From Ruminococcus sp. (lineage in GTDB: Bacteria > Bacillota > Clostridia > Oscillospirales > Ruminococcaceae), in assembly GCA_017534595.1 (NCBI GenBank), contig JAFXVY010000126.1:16020-80019 (forward strand): 64,000 nt of DNA, in the 5' to 3' direction. The translations under genes were made by a program, and so were the position numbers. Numbering within the stretch: position 1 is the first letter of the stretch; each line of letters opens with the position of its first letter. The notes beneath the pieces were generated by a model. It saw nothing but the letters and a program-made list of their open reading frames with translations. It was not told the origin of the DNA and did not search any database. Positions 27,244-35,275 of the stretch are shown piece by piece.

Positions 27244-28962
27244 ATGAGTACCGAAATCATTATCGTCCGGCCCGATAAGTGCGTAGGATGCAATTCCTGC
27301 GTCCGCACCTGTCCCGCTCCCGAGGCAAATATCACCAAGATGCTCGATGACGGCAGATTCGTTACCACCGTCGATCCCGACAAGTGTATATCCTGCGGCG
27401 AGTGCGTAAGAAACTGCACTCACGGCGCAAGAGATTATATCGACGATGTTGAGGCCTGTATGCAGCGTATGGCGAGAGAGAAGCTCATCGTTCTCGCTAC
27501 TCCCGCTATCAAGACCGTTTATCCTACCAAGTGGAAGGGCATCCTTGACTGGTTCAAGAGCAAGGGCTGCATAATCTTCGACGTTTCTCTCGGCGCGGAT
27601 ATCTGTACCTGGGCTCACCTCAGAGCTATCGAGAACAAGAAGGTCGGCAACGTCATCACCCAGCCCTGCGCTGCGATCGTAAAGTATATCGAGATCTATC
27701 AGCCCAAGCTGCTCGATAACCTCTCGCCTATACACAGCCCGATCTCCTGCACCGTTACCTACATCAAGAAGTATTTAAGAAGACATAACCCCGTAGCCGT
27801 TCTCACTCCCTGCATCGCAAAGAAGAACGAGTTTATGGACACCGGCCTCGTTGACTACAACGTGACCTTCAAGAAGCTCGAGGAATACTTCGACAAGAAC
27901 GGCATCAAGATCCCGAACAACGCTCCCAATGAGTTCGAGTATAAGTTCGAGGAAATGCAGGGTCAGGTCGGCGCGGTATACCCCCGTCCGGGCGGACTCA
28001 GAGACAATATCTGGCTCCATGACCCCGATATCAACATCACCACCTCCGAGGGCGTCCACAAGGTTTATCCCGAGCTGGATATGTATGCCCAGATGCCCGA
28101 GTTCAAGCACCCCGAGGTGTTCGACGTTCTCTCCTGCGAGTTTGGCTGCAACGTGGGCCCCGCTTCGGGCACCAAGCAGACCGTGTTCGACGTTATGGCT
28201 ACCATGAGAGAGATCGAGAAGGAGGCCAAGAAACGCCGTAAGACCGGCGTATTCGGCGGCGGCCAGGATAAGCTCTTCAAGAAGTTTGACGACGAGCTCA
28301 GGATCGGCGACTTCATGAGAGGCTATAAGCCCACCACCCCGACTCCGCTGCCTACCGACCGTCAGCTCGACGCCGTATTCGAGATGATGGGCAAGCATAC
28401 CGAGGAGGAGCGCAATTTCAACTGCCACGCCTGCGGCTACAGATCCTGCAAGGATATGGCTATCGCTATCTGCCGCGGCCTCAATACCGCAGATAACTGC
28501 ATCGTTCATGCAAAGACCGTCCTCACTGCAAGACACAGCGAGCTGACCGCTCAGCATGAGCTGCTCTCCGAGATCACCAACGAATGTCTCACTCTTTCGG
28601 ATAAGCTCAGAGAGGATCTCAAGAACATCAACTCCAATATGGATACGATCGGTGACTCCACTGCCAAGACCAGCGAGAGAGCCGGCGTAGTAAACGAACT
28701 GCTGACGAACGTTATCGCGTTCTGTAATGCGAACCCGACAATGGATGCCTCAAGCACCAAGCAGCTCGTCGAGATCCTCGAGACCACTCTCGATGCCTTC
28801 AATGCACTGGATGACAACGTTAACGTCACCAATGAGAGCTCCGAGACGATCCGCGGCTCTATCACCGAGATCAGCCGTCTTGTTGACAGCATCAACGACA
28901 GCCTCCGCAAGTCGGAGAAGAACGTCCACGAGGTAGGGCGTATCGTTGAGAGCATGGGCTGA
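27244..28962 (+). CDS. [FeFe]-hydrogenase-like (putative sensory) protein: 2x[4Fe-4S] ferredoxin + H-domain + CxxCGxxxC motif + coiled coil
   Basis: CVGCNSCVRTCP and CISCGECVRNC ferredoxin motifs. H-cluster-like motifs TQPCAA (degenerate L1), TPCIAKKNE (L2), SCEFGCNVGP (L3). NCHACGYRSCKDMAIAICRG resembles the RnfB-type putative Fe-S motif. C-terminal ~130-aa heptad region. Confidence 0.7.
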   Translation: MSTEIIIVRPDKCVGCNSCVRTCPAPEANITKMLDDGRFVTTVDPDKCISCGECVRNCTHGARDYIDDVEACMQRMAREKLIVLATPAIKTVYPTKWKGILDWFKSKGCIIFDVSLGADICTWAHLRAIENKKVGNVITQPCAAIVKYIEIYQPKLLDNLSPIHSPISCTVTYIKKYLRRHNPVAVLTPCIAKKNEFMDTGLVDYNVTFKKLEEYFDKNGIKIPNNAPNEFEYKFEEMQGQVGAVYPRPGGLRDNIWLHDPDINITTSEGVHKVYPELDMYAQMPEFKHPEVFDVLSCEFGCNVGPASGTKQTVFDVMATMREIEKEAKKRRKTGVFGGGQDKLFKKFDDELRIGDFMRGYKPTTPTPLPTDRQLDAVFEMMGKHTEEERNFNCHACGYRSCKDMAIAICRGLNTADNCIVHAKTVLTARHSELTAQHELLSEITNECLTLSDKLREDLKNINSNMDTIGDSTAKTSERAGVVNELLTNVIAFCNANPTMDASSTKQLVEILETTLDAFNALDDNVNVTNESSETIRGSITEISRLVDSINDSLRKSEKNVHEVGRIVESMG

Positions 28963-28995
28963 CAGGTTTGAATGAATAAGGACAGTCGCTTTTCC

Positions 28996-29031
28996 GCAGC
29001 GAAAACGCGGTCAAGCGCCTGCCCTTTTTTC
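28996..29031 (+). terminator. possible weak terminator after the hydrogenase-like gene
   Basis: Imperfect stem GCAGCG / CGcCTGC followed by CCTTTTTTC. Confidence 0.35.
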
Positions 29032-29044
29032 TTGGGAGAATGCT

Positions 29045-30562
29045 ATGGAAGACGCCTCTGCCGAAAACAGAAAACGCAGGCTTGCCGGGGAGATAATGTC
29101 CCTCTCGGCGGCTCATCTGCTGCTCGACCTGAGATTTATGGCGAGGGCGGTAAACAAGCTGCGTCCCGCGCCGGGCGGGGACAGCTTTGCCTGCAGCGGA
29201 ACTATGCTCCATTACAGCGACGACTATGTCCTCTCGCGGTACAGGCAGGGGGAGCGGCTGCTCGTCCACGATCACCTGCACGCCCTGCTGCACTGCATCT
29301 TCCGGCATTTCAAGCCCGCCTCACATCTCGACCGGGCGGCGTGGAACGCCGCTGCGGATATCGCCGTGGAGTCGGTGATAATCGAGGCTGCGACGGGAGC
29401 CTGCACCGTCGAGCACCTGACCGAGAAGCAGGCGGAGATACGCCGGCTGTCTGCGGATGTGGGCCTGCTGACGGCGGAGCGGCTGTATAAGTACTTCACC
29501 TCCGGCGGCGCGGACGAAGCCCGCCTCGCAAGGCTCTCGGAACTGTTCTCCGCCGACGATCATAAGCATTGGTTCCGTGACCCGAAGCGGGAGTATGAGG
29601 ACGAGGAAAAGTTGGATGTCCTGCCGATAGGTCTGCCCGACGAGAAGGAGGAACCATCCGAGGACAAGCCCGACGATACCTCCTCCGGGGAGGGGGATCA
29701 GGGCGAGCCGAAGAGATCCGGGGAGGACAGACAGCCCCGCCCCGACGGTGAGCCGGAGAACGATCCCTCGCTGGAGGAATGGCTCTCCAACGAACGCGGG
29801 AAGCGTGAGCAGGAGCTTGAACAGCAGTGGCGGGACATCGCCGAGCAGCTTGCCTCCGAGCTTGAAAACTTCCGGAAACAGGCCGGCAGCGAGACCAAGA
29901 ACCTTGTGGCGATGATAAAGGACACCGACAGGGACAGGTGCGACTACGCCGCCTTTCTGCGGCGCTTCGCCGTCACCGGGGAGCAGCTGCGGGTCGATCC
30001 CGACTGCTTTGATGTGAACTTTTACACCTACGGCCTCGGCCTCTACGGCAACGCCGCGCTCATCGAGCCTCTCGAATACCGCGAGACCCGCCTCGTCAGG
30101 GAGTTCGTCGTGGCGATAGACACCTCCGGCTCGGTCAGCGGAGAGACAGTGCGCAGCTTCGTGAAAAAGACCTTCAGCCTGCTGCGCAGCAGCGAGAGCT
30201 TCTTTTCAAAGGTCAATATCTATATCATGCAGTGCGATACCGAGGTCAGGGAGGCGGTGAGGATCACCGACAGCGCCGAGCTTGACCGCTTCATTTCACA
30301 AATGGAGATAAAGGGTCTCGGAGGCACCGACTTCCGCCCCGTGTTTGAATATGTTGACGGGCTGATGAAGTCCGGGGAGCTCAGGGATCTCCGGGGGCTC
30401 GTCTACTTCACCGACGGCTACGGGGAGTTCCCGAAGGAGCCCCCCGCCTATCAGACAGCCTTTGCTTTCCTGCGCAGCGATTTCCCGAACGCCGAGCCTC
30501 CCGGCACGCCGCCGTGGGCGGCAAGGCTCATACTTGAGGAGGATGATCTCAGATATGGATGA
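29045..30562 (+). CDS. DUF2201-type protein: putative metallopeptidase N-domain + vWA-like C-domain
   Basis: HDHLHALLH (HExxH-like with Glu->Asp). Acidic linker. C-terminal vWA with MIDAS start VVAIDTSGSVSG and later YFTDGYG. Confidence 0.75.
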   Translation: MEDASAENRKRRLAGEIMSLSAAHLLLDLRFMARAVNKLRPAPGGDSFACSGTMLHYSDDYVLSRYRQGERLLVHDHLHALLHCIFRHFKPASHLDRAAWNAAADIAVESVIIEAATGACTVEHLTEKQAEIRRLSADVGLLTAERLYKYFTSGGADEARLARLSELFSADDHKHWFRDPKREYEDEEKLDVLPIGLPDEKEEPSEDKPDDTSSGEGDQGEPKRSGEDRQPRPDGEPENDPSLEEWLSNERGKREQELEQQWRDIAEQLASELENFRKQAGSETKNLVAMIKDTDRDRCDYAAFLRRFAVTGEQLRVDPDCFDVNFYTYGLGLYGNAALIEPLEYRETRLVREFVVAIDTSGSVSGETVRSFVKKTFSLLRSSESFFSKVNIYIMQCDTEVREAVRITDSAELDRFISQMEIKGLGGTDFRPVFEYVDGLMKSGELRDLRGLVYFTDGYGEFPKEPPAYQTAFAFLRSDFPNAEPPGTPPWAARLILEEDDLRYG

Positions 30563-32333
30563 AAAATGCTTTGAGACCGATAACGGCATACTGATAAAAT
30601 ACAGCGGCTCCGACGAAGAGGTCAGGATACCCGACGGCATCACCGCAATCGAGGAGTTTGCATTCATAGGCTGCGACAGCATCAGAAAGGTCACTGTACC
30701 CGAGGGGGTGAAGAGCCTCGGGCAGCAGTGCTTCCGCAACTGTGCCTGCCTTGAGGAGGTCTCGCTCCACGAAGGGCTTGAGATCATCGGCAGGTTCGCT
30801 TTCTGCGGCTGCGAGATGCTGCGGAGGATAAACATACCGTCCTCGGTCTGTGAGATCGGCAACTCCGCATTCCGGGGCTGCGATATGATGGAGGACATCG
30901 AGCTTCCTGCGGGGCTGACAAGGCTGGGCGAGAGCGCATTCTCCGATTGCCGGAGCCTGCGCAGCATAGCTGTGCCCGCCGGGATCGGCGTTATCCGCAA
31001 GCGCAGCTTTTCCGACTGCGGCGGCGTCACACAGCTGACCGTCCCCGAGGGCATCACCGAGATCGACGATTACGCCTTTGAGTTCTGCGGCTCGGTAAAA
31101 AGCCTTGTGCTGCCGCAGAGCCTTAAAAAGATAGGCCGCTATGCCTTTCAGAACTGCGCCTCTCTTGCGGAGATCTCCGTTCCCGAAGGGGTCGGGGATA
31201 TAGGCTCCTGCGCCTTCTACAAGACCCCATTTGCCGACAGCGCCCCGGACGGCTATCTCGTCGTGGGCGGGGGAGTGCTGGCGGGCTGCACCGTGACCGG
31301 CGAGGAGGCCGGGGTGCCGGAGGGGGTGCGCGTCATCGCGGAGAACGCCTTTGCCGGCCTTGACGGCCTTAAACGGGTACGCCTGCCCGAAAGCGTTGAG
31401 CGCATCTGCGGCCTGGCATTTGAGAAATGCACCGCTCTTGAGGAGATCAGTCTGCCCGCAGGGCTTAAGGACATCGGCAGCAAAGCTTTTGTGGACTGCG
31501 TCTCGCTGAAAACCCTTGACCTCCCGGACGGCCTTGAACATATCGGCAGCGACGCCTTTTACGGCACCGCCATGCTCGGTGCCGACGGCGGCGAGGTCGT
31601 GATCTACAACGGGAAATATCTGATACGCTGCAGCGTAAGCGCGGTTTCATACGCCGTCCCCGACGGGGTGACGGTCATCGCGGACAGAGCCTTTTCCGGC
31701 TCCGCGGGGCTTGAAAGGGTCAGCTTCCCGCCGAGCCTCGGCTGTATCGGCGGCGGAGCCTTCAAGTGGGTGACGGGTCTGCGGGACGCCGTTATCCCGG
31801 AGACGGTCAGGGTCGTGGGCGAGGAGGCATTTGTCAGCAGTTCTGAGCTGCACGCCGTCCTCCGGCCGGAAACGACGGAGACCGGTGCCGCGGCCTTTGC
31901 GCGGGGAGCACGGCTCACCCTGCTCTGCGGCGAGCGAAGCTTTGATGTCACTCTCACCGAGGATATCCCCGGGGCTTCGCCGCTGATGAGCTTCGCGGCG
32001 CATCCCGATGCGCAGAGCTTCTCGCTCATCGTGGAGACGGAATACTATGTCCCGGCGGCAGCCTGCTTCGCAGACTGCATACCCGAGTGTCTTGAGAGGC
32101 TTCAAGCAAACGCCGCCGACGCGCTTATCTTCGCCGTCGAGCTCGGCGACAGCGCCCTGACCGACAGGCTTATCGCCCTCGGCGTCGGGGACGCCGCCGC
32201 TCTTGACGCTGCCATAGCCTTTGCCATAGACAGCGGCAGGCTCGAGCAGCAGGTTGTGCTCATGCGCCGCAAGAACGAGCTGCTCTCCGGCAGGAGCGCA
32301 GCCAGCGTAGTGGATGACAAGCTTTCGCTTTAA
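30555..32333 (+). CDS. cytoplasmic BspA-type leucine-rich-repeat protein
   Basis: More than a dozen tandem ~23-aa repeats (I.IP.GV..IG..AF..C..L). No signal peptide or TM. ~150-aa non-LRR C-terminal region. Start overlaps the vWA gene stop (ATG at 30555, alternative at 30543). Confidence 0.8.
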   Translation: MDEKCFETDNGILIKYSGSDEEVRIPDGITAIEEFAFIGCDSIRKVTVPEGVKSLGQQCFRNCACLEEVSLHEGLEIIGRFAFCGCEMLRRINIPSSVCEIGNSAFRGCDMMEDIELPAGLTRLGESAFSDCRSLRSIAVPAGIGVIRKRSFSDCGGVTQLTVPEGITEIDDYAFEFCGSVKSLVLPQSLKKIGRYAFQNCASLAEISVPEGVGDIGSCAFYKTPFADSAPDGYLVVGGGVLAGCTVTGEEAGVPEGVRVIAENAFAGLDGLKRVRLPESVERICGLAFEKCTALEEISLPAGLKDIGSKAFVDCVSLKTLDLPDGLEHIGSDAFYGTAMLGADGGEVVIYNGKYLIRCSVSAVSYAVPDGVTVIADRAFSGSAGLERVSFPPSLGCIGGGAFKWVTGLRDAVIPETVRVVGEEAFVSSSELHAVLRPETTETGAAAFARGARLTLLCGERSFDVTLTEDIPGASPLMSFAAHPDAQSFSLIVETEYYVPAAACFADCIPECLERLQANAADALIFAVELGDSALTDRLIALGVGDAAALDAAIAFAIDSGRLEQQVVLMRRKNELLSGRSAASVVDDKLSL

Positions 32334-32360
32334 AATATTCCGACCCGGGGAGGGCTGAAC

Positions 32361-33860
32361 GTGAACATAAAGCAGGCAGGAGAACAGATCAGGTATACCG
32401 TCAGGGCTTACCTTGCCAGAGATGAGGCGGGGAGGTATCTCATACCGTCCTATAAACAGCGCCCGCTGCTGCTGATAGGCCCTCCGGGCATCGGAAAGAC
32501 CGAGATCATGTCGCAGATCGCGTCGGAGCTCGGCATAGGTCTGCTCTCCTATTCCATGACACACCACACCCGCCAGAGCGCAATAGGTCTGCCGATGATA
32601 AAGCAGACCGAGTACCGCGGCGAGAGCTTCGATATCACCGAATACACGATGAGCGAGATACTTGCCTCGGTCTATGAGCTGATGAAGAACACCGGCATGG
32701 AACAGGGGATACTGTTCCTTGACGAGATAAACTGCATCTCCGAGACGCTGATGCCGATAATGCTGCAATTCCTGCAGTACAAGGTCTTCGGCGGGCATAA
32801 GCTGCCGGAGGGCTGGATCGTCGTGACGGCGGGCAATCCGCCCGAGTGCAACCGCAGCGTCCGGGAGTTCGATATCGTCACCTGCGACAGGATGAAGATC
32901 CTCGAGATCGAGCCGGATTTCGAGGTCTGGAAGGAGTACGCGAGAAAGGCGGGCGTACACAGCGCCGTCGTGACCTATCTCGAGATCAAGCCCGGGAACT
33001 TCTACCGCATCGAGAGCACGGCGGGGGAGAAGAAATACATCACCGCCCGCGGCTGGGACGATCTCGGGCGTATGCTGACCGTCTGCGAGAAACTGGGCAT
33101 CCCGGCGGATGCGCAGCTCGTAAGGCAGTATATCCGCATCGACAAGGCCGCCGACGATTTTGCGCTCTACTACGAGCTCTACAACAAATACCGCAGCGAT
33201 TACCGAATAACCGCCATCCTTGCCGGCGAGCGGGACGAGGAGATCTCCCGCAGGGCGAAGGATGCGGCCTTCGACGAGCGCTACTCGCTGCTCGGGCTGC
33301 TGCTCGACGCCGTAAGGCTCGGCACGGCGGAGGTCAGCGACAGGGAAGCGCTGCTCGGGAGGGTACGTGAGCAGCTCTCGGAGATAGGCAGCAAGTGCGC
33401 CGAGGGCGGGTCAGCCGACACGCTTTTGGAGGCAGCGGCGGAGAAGTGCAGAGCCGAGCGTGCAAGGCTCGCGGCAGCGGGAAGCCTCTCCGAGCGGACG
33501 GACAGGCTGCTTTCCGATGAGGCGCAGCTGCTTTCCGGCTTCAGGCTGCCCGCCGCAGAGAGCGGCTTCGACGGCGTCAAAGCGGAGTACGAGAGCCTTC
33601 TGACCGACTTCAAAGCGCAGGTCGGGAGGGTAAAGCAAAGCTATTCAAATATGTTCGGCTTCTGCACAGAGACCTTCGGCGAGGGCAGAGAGCTGCTCAT
33701 ACTCGTCACCGAGCTGGCCGCAGACCCCGTCTGTGCGGCGTTCATAGCCGAGTACGGCTGCGAGGAGTATTACAGATACGACAGCAAGCTGATGTTCTAC
33801 GAGCACCGCCTTGAACTCTTGCAGGAGATAGACGAACTTACCAAAGCCCCCGGGATCTGA
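32361..33860 (+). CDS. MoxR/AAA_5-class AAA+ ATPase
   Basis: Walker A GPPGIGKTE, Walker B ILFLDEIN, TAGNPPE sensor region. ~200-aa helical C-terminal extension. GTG start. Confidence 0.8.
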   Translation: MNIKQAGEQIRYTVRAYLARDEAGRYLIPSYKQRPLLLIGPPGIGKTEIMSQIASELGIGLLSYSMTHHTRQSAIGLPMIKQTEYRGESFDITEYTMSEILASVYELMKNTGMEQGILFLDEINCISETLMPIMLQFLQYKVFGGHKLPEGWIVVTAGNPPECNRSVREFDIVTCDRMKILEIEPDFEVWKEYARKAGVHSAVVTYLEIKPGNFYRIESTAGEKKYITARGWDDLGRMLTVCEKLGIPADAQLVRQYIRIDKAADDFALYYELYNKYRSDYRITAILAGERDEEISRRAKDAAFDERYSLLGLLLDAVRLGTAEVSDREALLGRVREQLSEIGSKCAEGGSADTLLEAAAEKCRAERARLAAAGSLSERTDRLLSDEAQLLSGFRLPAAESGFDGVKAEYESLLTDFKAQVGRVKQSYSNMFGFCTETFGEGRELLILVTELAADPVCAAFIAEYGCEEYYRYDSKLMFYEHRLELLQEIDELTKAPGI

Positions 33861-34047
33861 CTTTTCGGCAGGTTGACTAAATCTTCGGGCGGTGTTTGGT
33901 GAACTATGCCCTTTTTTCGGGCGAAATGACGAAAAATCCGCCGCAAAATGCGGGAGCTTTCCTCCGGAAAGCCGTTTTGACGGCAAATGTAAAGAGAATT
34001 TATGCGCCTTATACATAAGATAATTGTATATTTTGTTTAGTTTTTCC

Positions 34048-34076
34048 TTGACATATAAGGTCAAAAATGATATAAT
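34048..34076 (+). promoter_or_regulatory. consensus SigA-type promoter of the LRR-kinase-vWA-PP2C operon
   Basis: TTGACA (34048-34053), 17 nt, TATAAT (34071-34076), followed by a ~110-nt GC-rich leader. Confidence 0.65.
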
Positions 34077-34187
34077 TGTACTATATAGGTATGCAGTATC
34101 ATTTCGGCCGCTGATCTGCTGACCGGGCAAGGCTCCGAGAGCTGTCCCGGCGGGTCGGAAGGCCGGTCCAAGATGGGAGAGTTGTGT

Positions 34188-35270
34188 ATGCAGTGCGAGA
34201 ACTGTCACGCCGAGATACCGTTGGGCAAAGCGGTATGCCGAGAGTGCAGAAGCTTGCTTCGGTATAATGTCCGGGATTTCGACAACACCAGAGCTGTACA
34301 AAGGCTGCTGAAAAATGCCCTCAAGGATCAGAAGGAGGAAATAGCCGATGCCCGCCAGCTCATCGCGGTCATCTACGACTACATCCCCGGGTATGAGACT
34401 GAGAGCAGGCTGCTCGCCAAAGCCATAAACGGCGGAGTGCTGGGCGTGCTGATGAGCGGCGGCGATAAGCGGCTGGTCTTCAACGACGCCCGCAAGATAA
34501 TGATAAAAGACCTGATGATGACCAAGAAGGAGGCGGAGTTCGTCCTCGCCGCGCTGGGATATATGCTCGGCTTCGGATACCCCTCGCCGTTCATGGTCGT
34601 TTCGACCGGAGGCTCGTCTCCCGGAGGCGGCGGTACGGCTGCAAAGACAGAAGCGGAAAAGAAGGCAGAGGCTGCCGCGGCGCTTCCGCCGGAGCAGAAG
34701 GTCTTTAAAAAGCTCGACGCCTTCAAGTACAGGCTCTCGAGGAACATCGTGGTCAAGGAGGGCTATACAAAGCTCGACGGCTATTGCTTCGACGGCTTCT
34801 CTTTTGCACGGAGCATAACGCTCCCCTCAACGCTGAGAGTCATCGGAGAGTATGCTTTCTCCGACTGCAAGCATCTTGAGGAGATGACAGTGCCTGAGAA
34901 CGTGAGAAAGCTCGAAAAGGGCGCGTTCAATGCCTGCGTGGCGCTCAGAAAGCTGAAGCTCCCCAAGGGGCTGCTCGATATAGGCGACAATACCTTCCTG
35001 TGCTGCACGTCTCTGACGGCGCTGAGAGTGCCTGATACCGTCAGCAGCATCGGTGAGAACGCCTTTTCGGGGTGCGGAGACCTCAAGCGCCTCGTCATCG
35101 CGCAGCACGTCAAGTTCGTGGACGACAATGCGTTCGCATACTGCCCGCAGCTCACGATCTATTGCTACGAAAATTCCTACATACATAAATACTGTATGCA
35201 GAACAAAATAAAATACGTGACCTCGCCAATGGGAAGCATCCTCCCGGACGAGGCTGAAGGAAAGGATTGA
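34188..35270 (+). CDS. zinc-ribbon + helical domain + BspA-type LRR protein
   Basis: CENC...CREC ribbon at the N-terminus, G/A-rich linker, ~6 BspA-type LRRs at the C-terminus. No signal peptide. ATG at 34188 follows GGGAGAG (in-frame alternative ATG at 34173). Confidence 0.75.
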   Translation: MQCENCHAEIPLGKAVCRECRSLLRYNVRDFDNTRAVQRLLKNALKDQKEEIADARQLIAVIYDYIPGYETESRLLAKAINGGVLGVLMSGGDKRLVFNDARKIMIKDLMMTKKEAEFVLAALGYMLGFGYPSPFMVVSTGGSSPGGGGTAAKTEAEKKAEAAAALPPEQKVFKKLDAFKYRLSRNIVVKEGYTKLDGYCFDGFSFARSITLPSTLRVIGEYAFSDCKHLEEMTVPENVRKLEKGAFNACVALRKLKLPKGLLDIGDNTFLCCTSLTALRVPDTVSSIGENAFSGCGDLKRLVIAQHVKFVDDNAFAYCPQLTIYCYENSYIHKYCMQNKIKYVTSPMGSILPDEAEGKD

Positions 35271-35275
35271 TCCTG

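Noticed and set aside
28540-28962. Methyl-accepting chemotaxis signalling domain at the C-terminus of the hydrogenase-like protein
   Set aside because: The heptad-rich sequence resembles MCP helices. The highly conserved MCP hairpin tip (the ..LALNA.IEAARAGE.G.GF.VVA.EVR.LA.. type) is absent, so I call it only a coiled coil.
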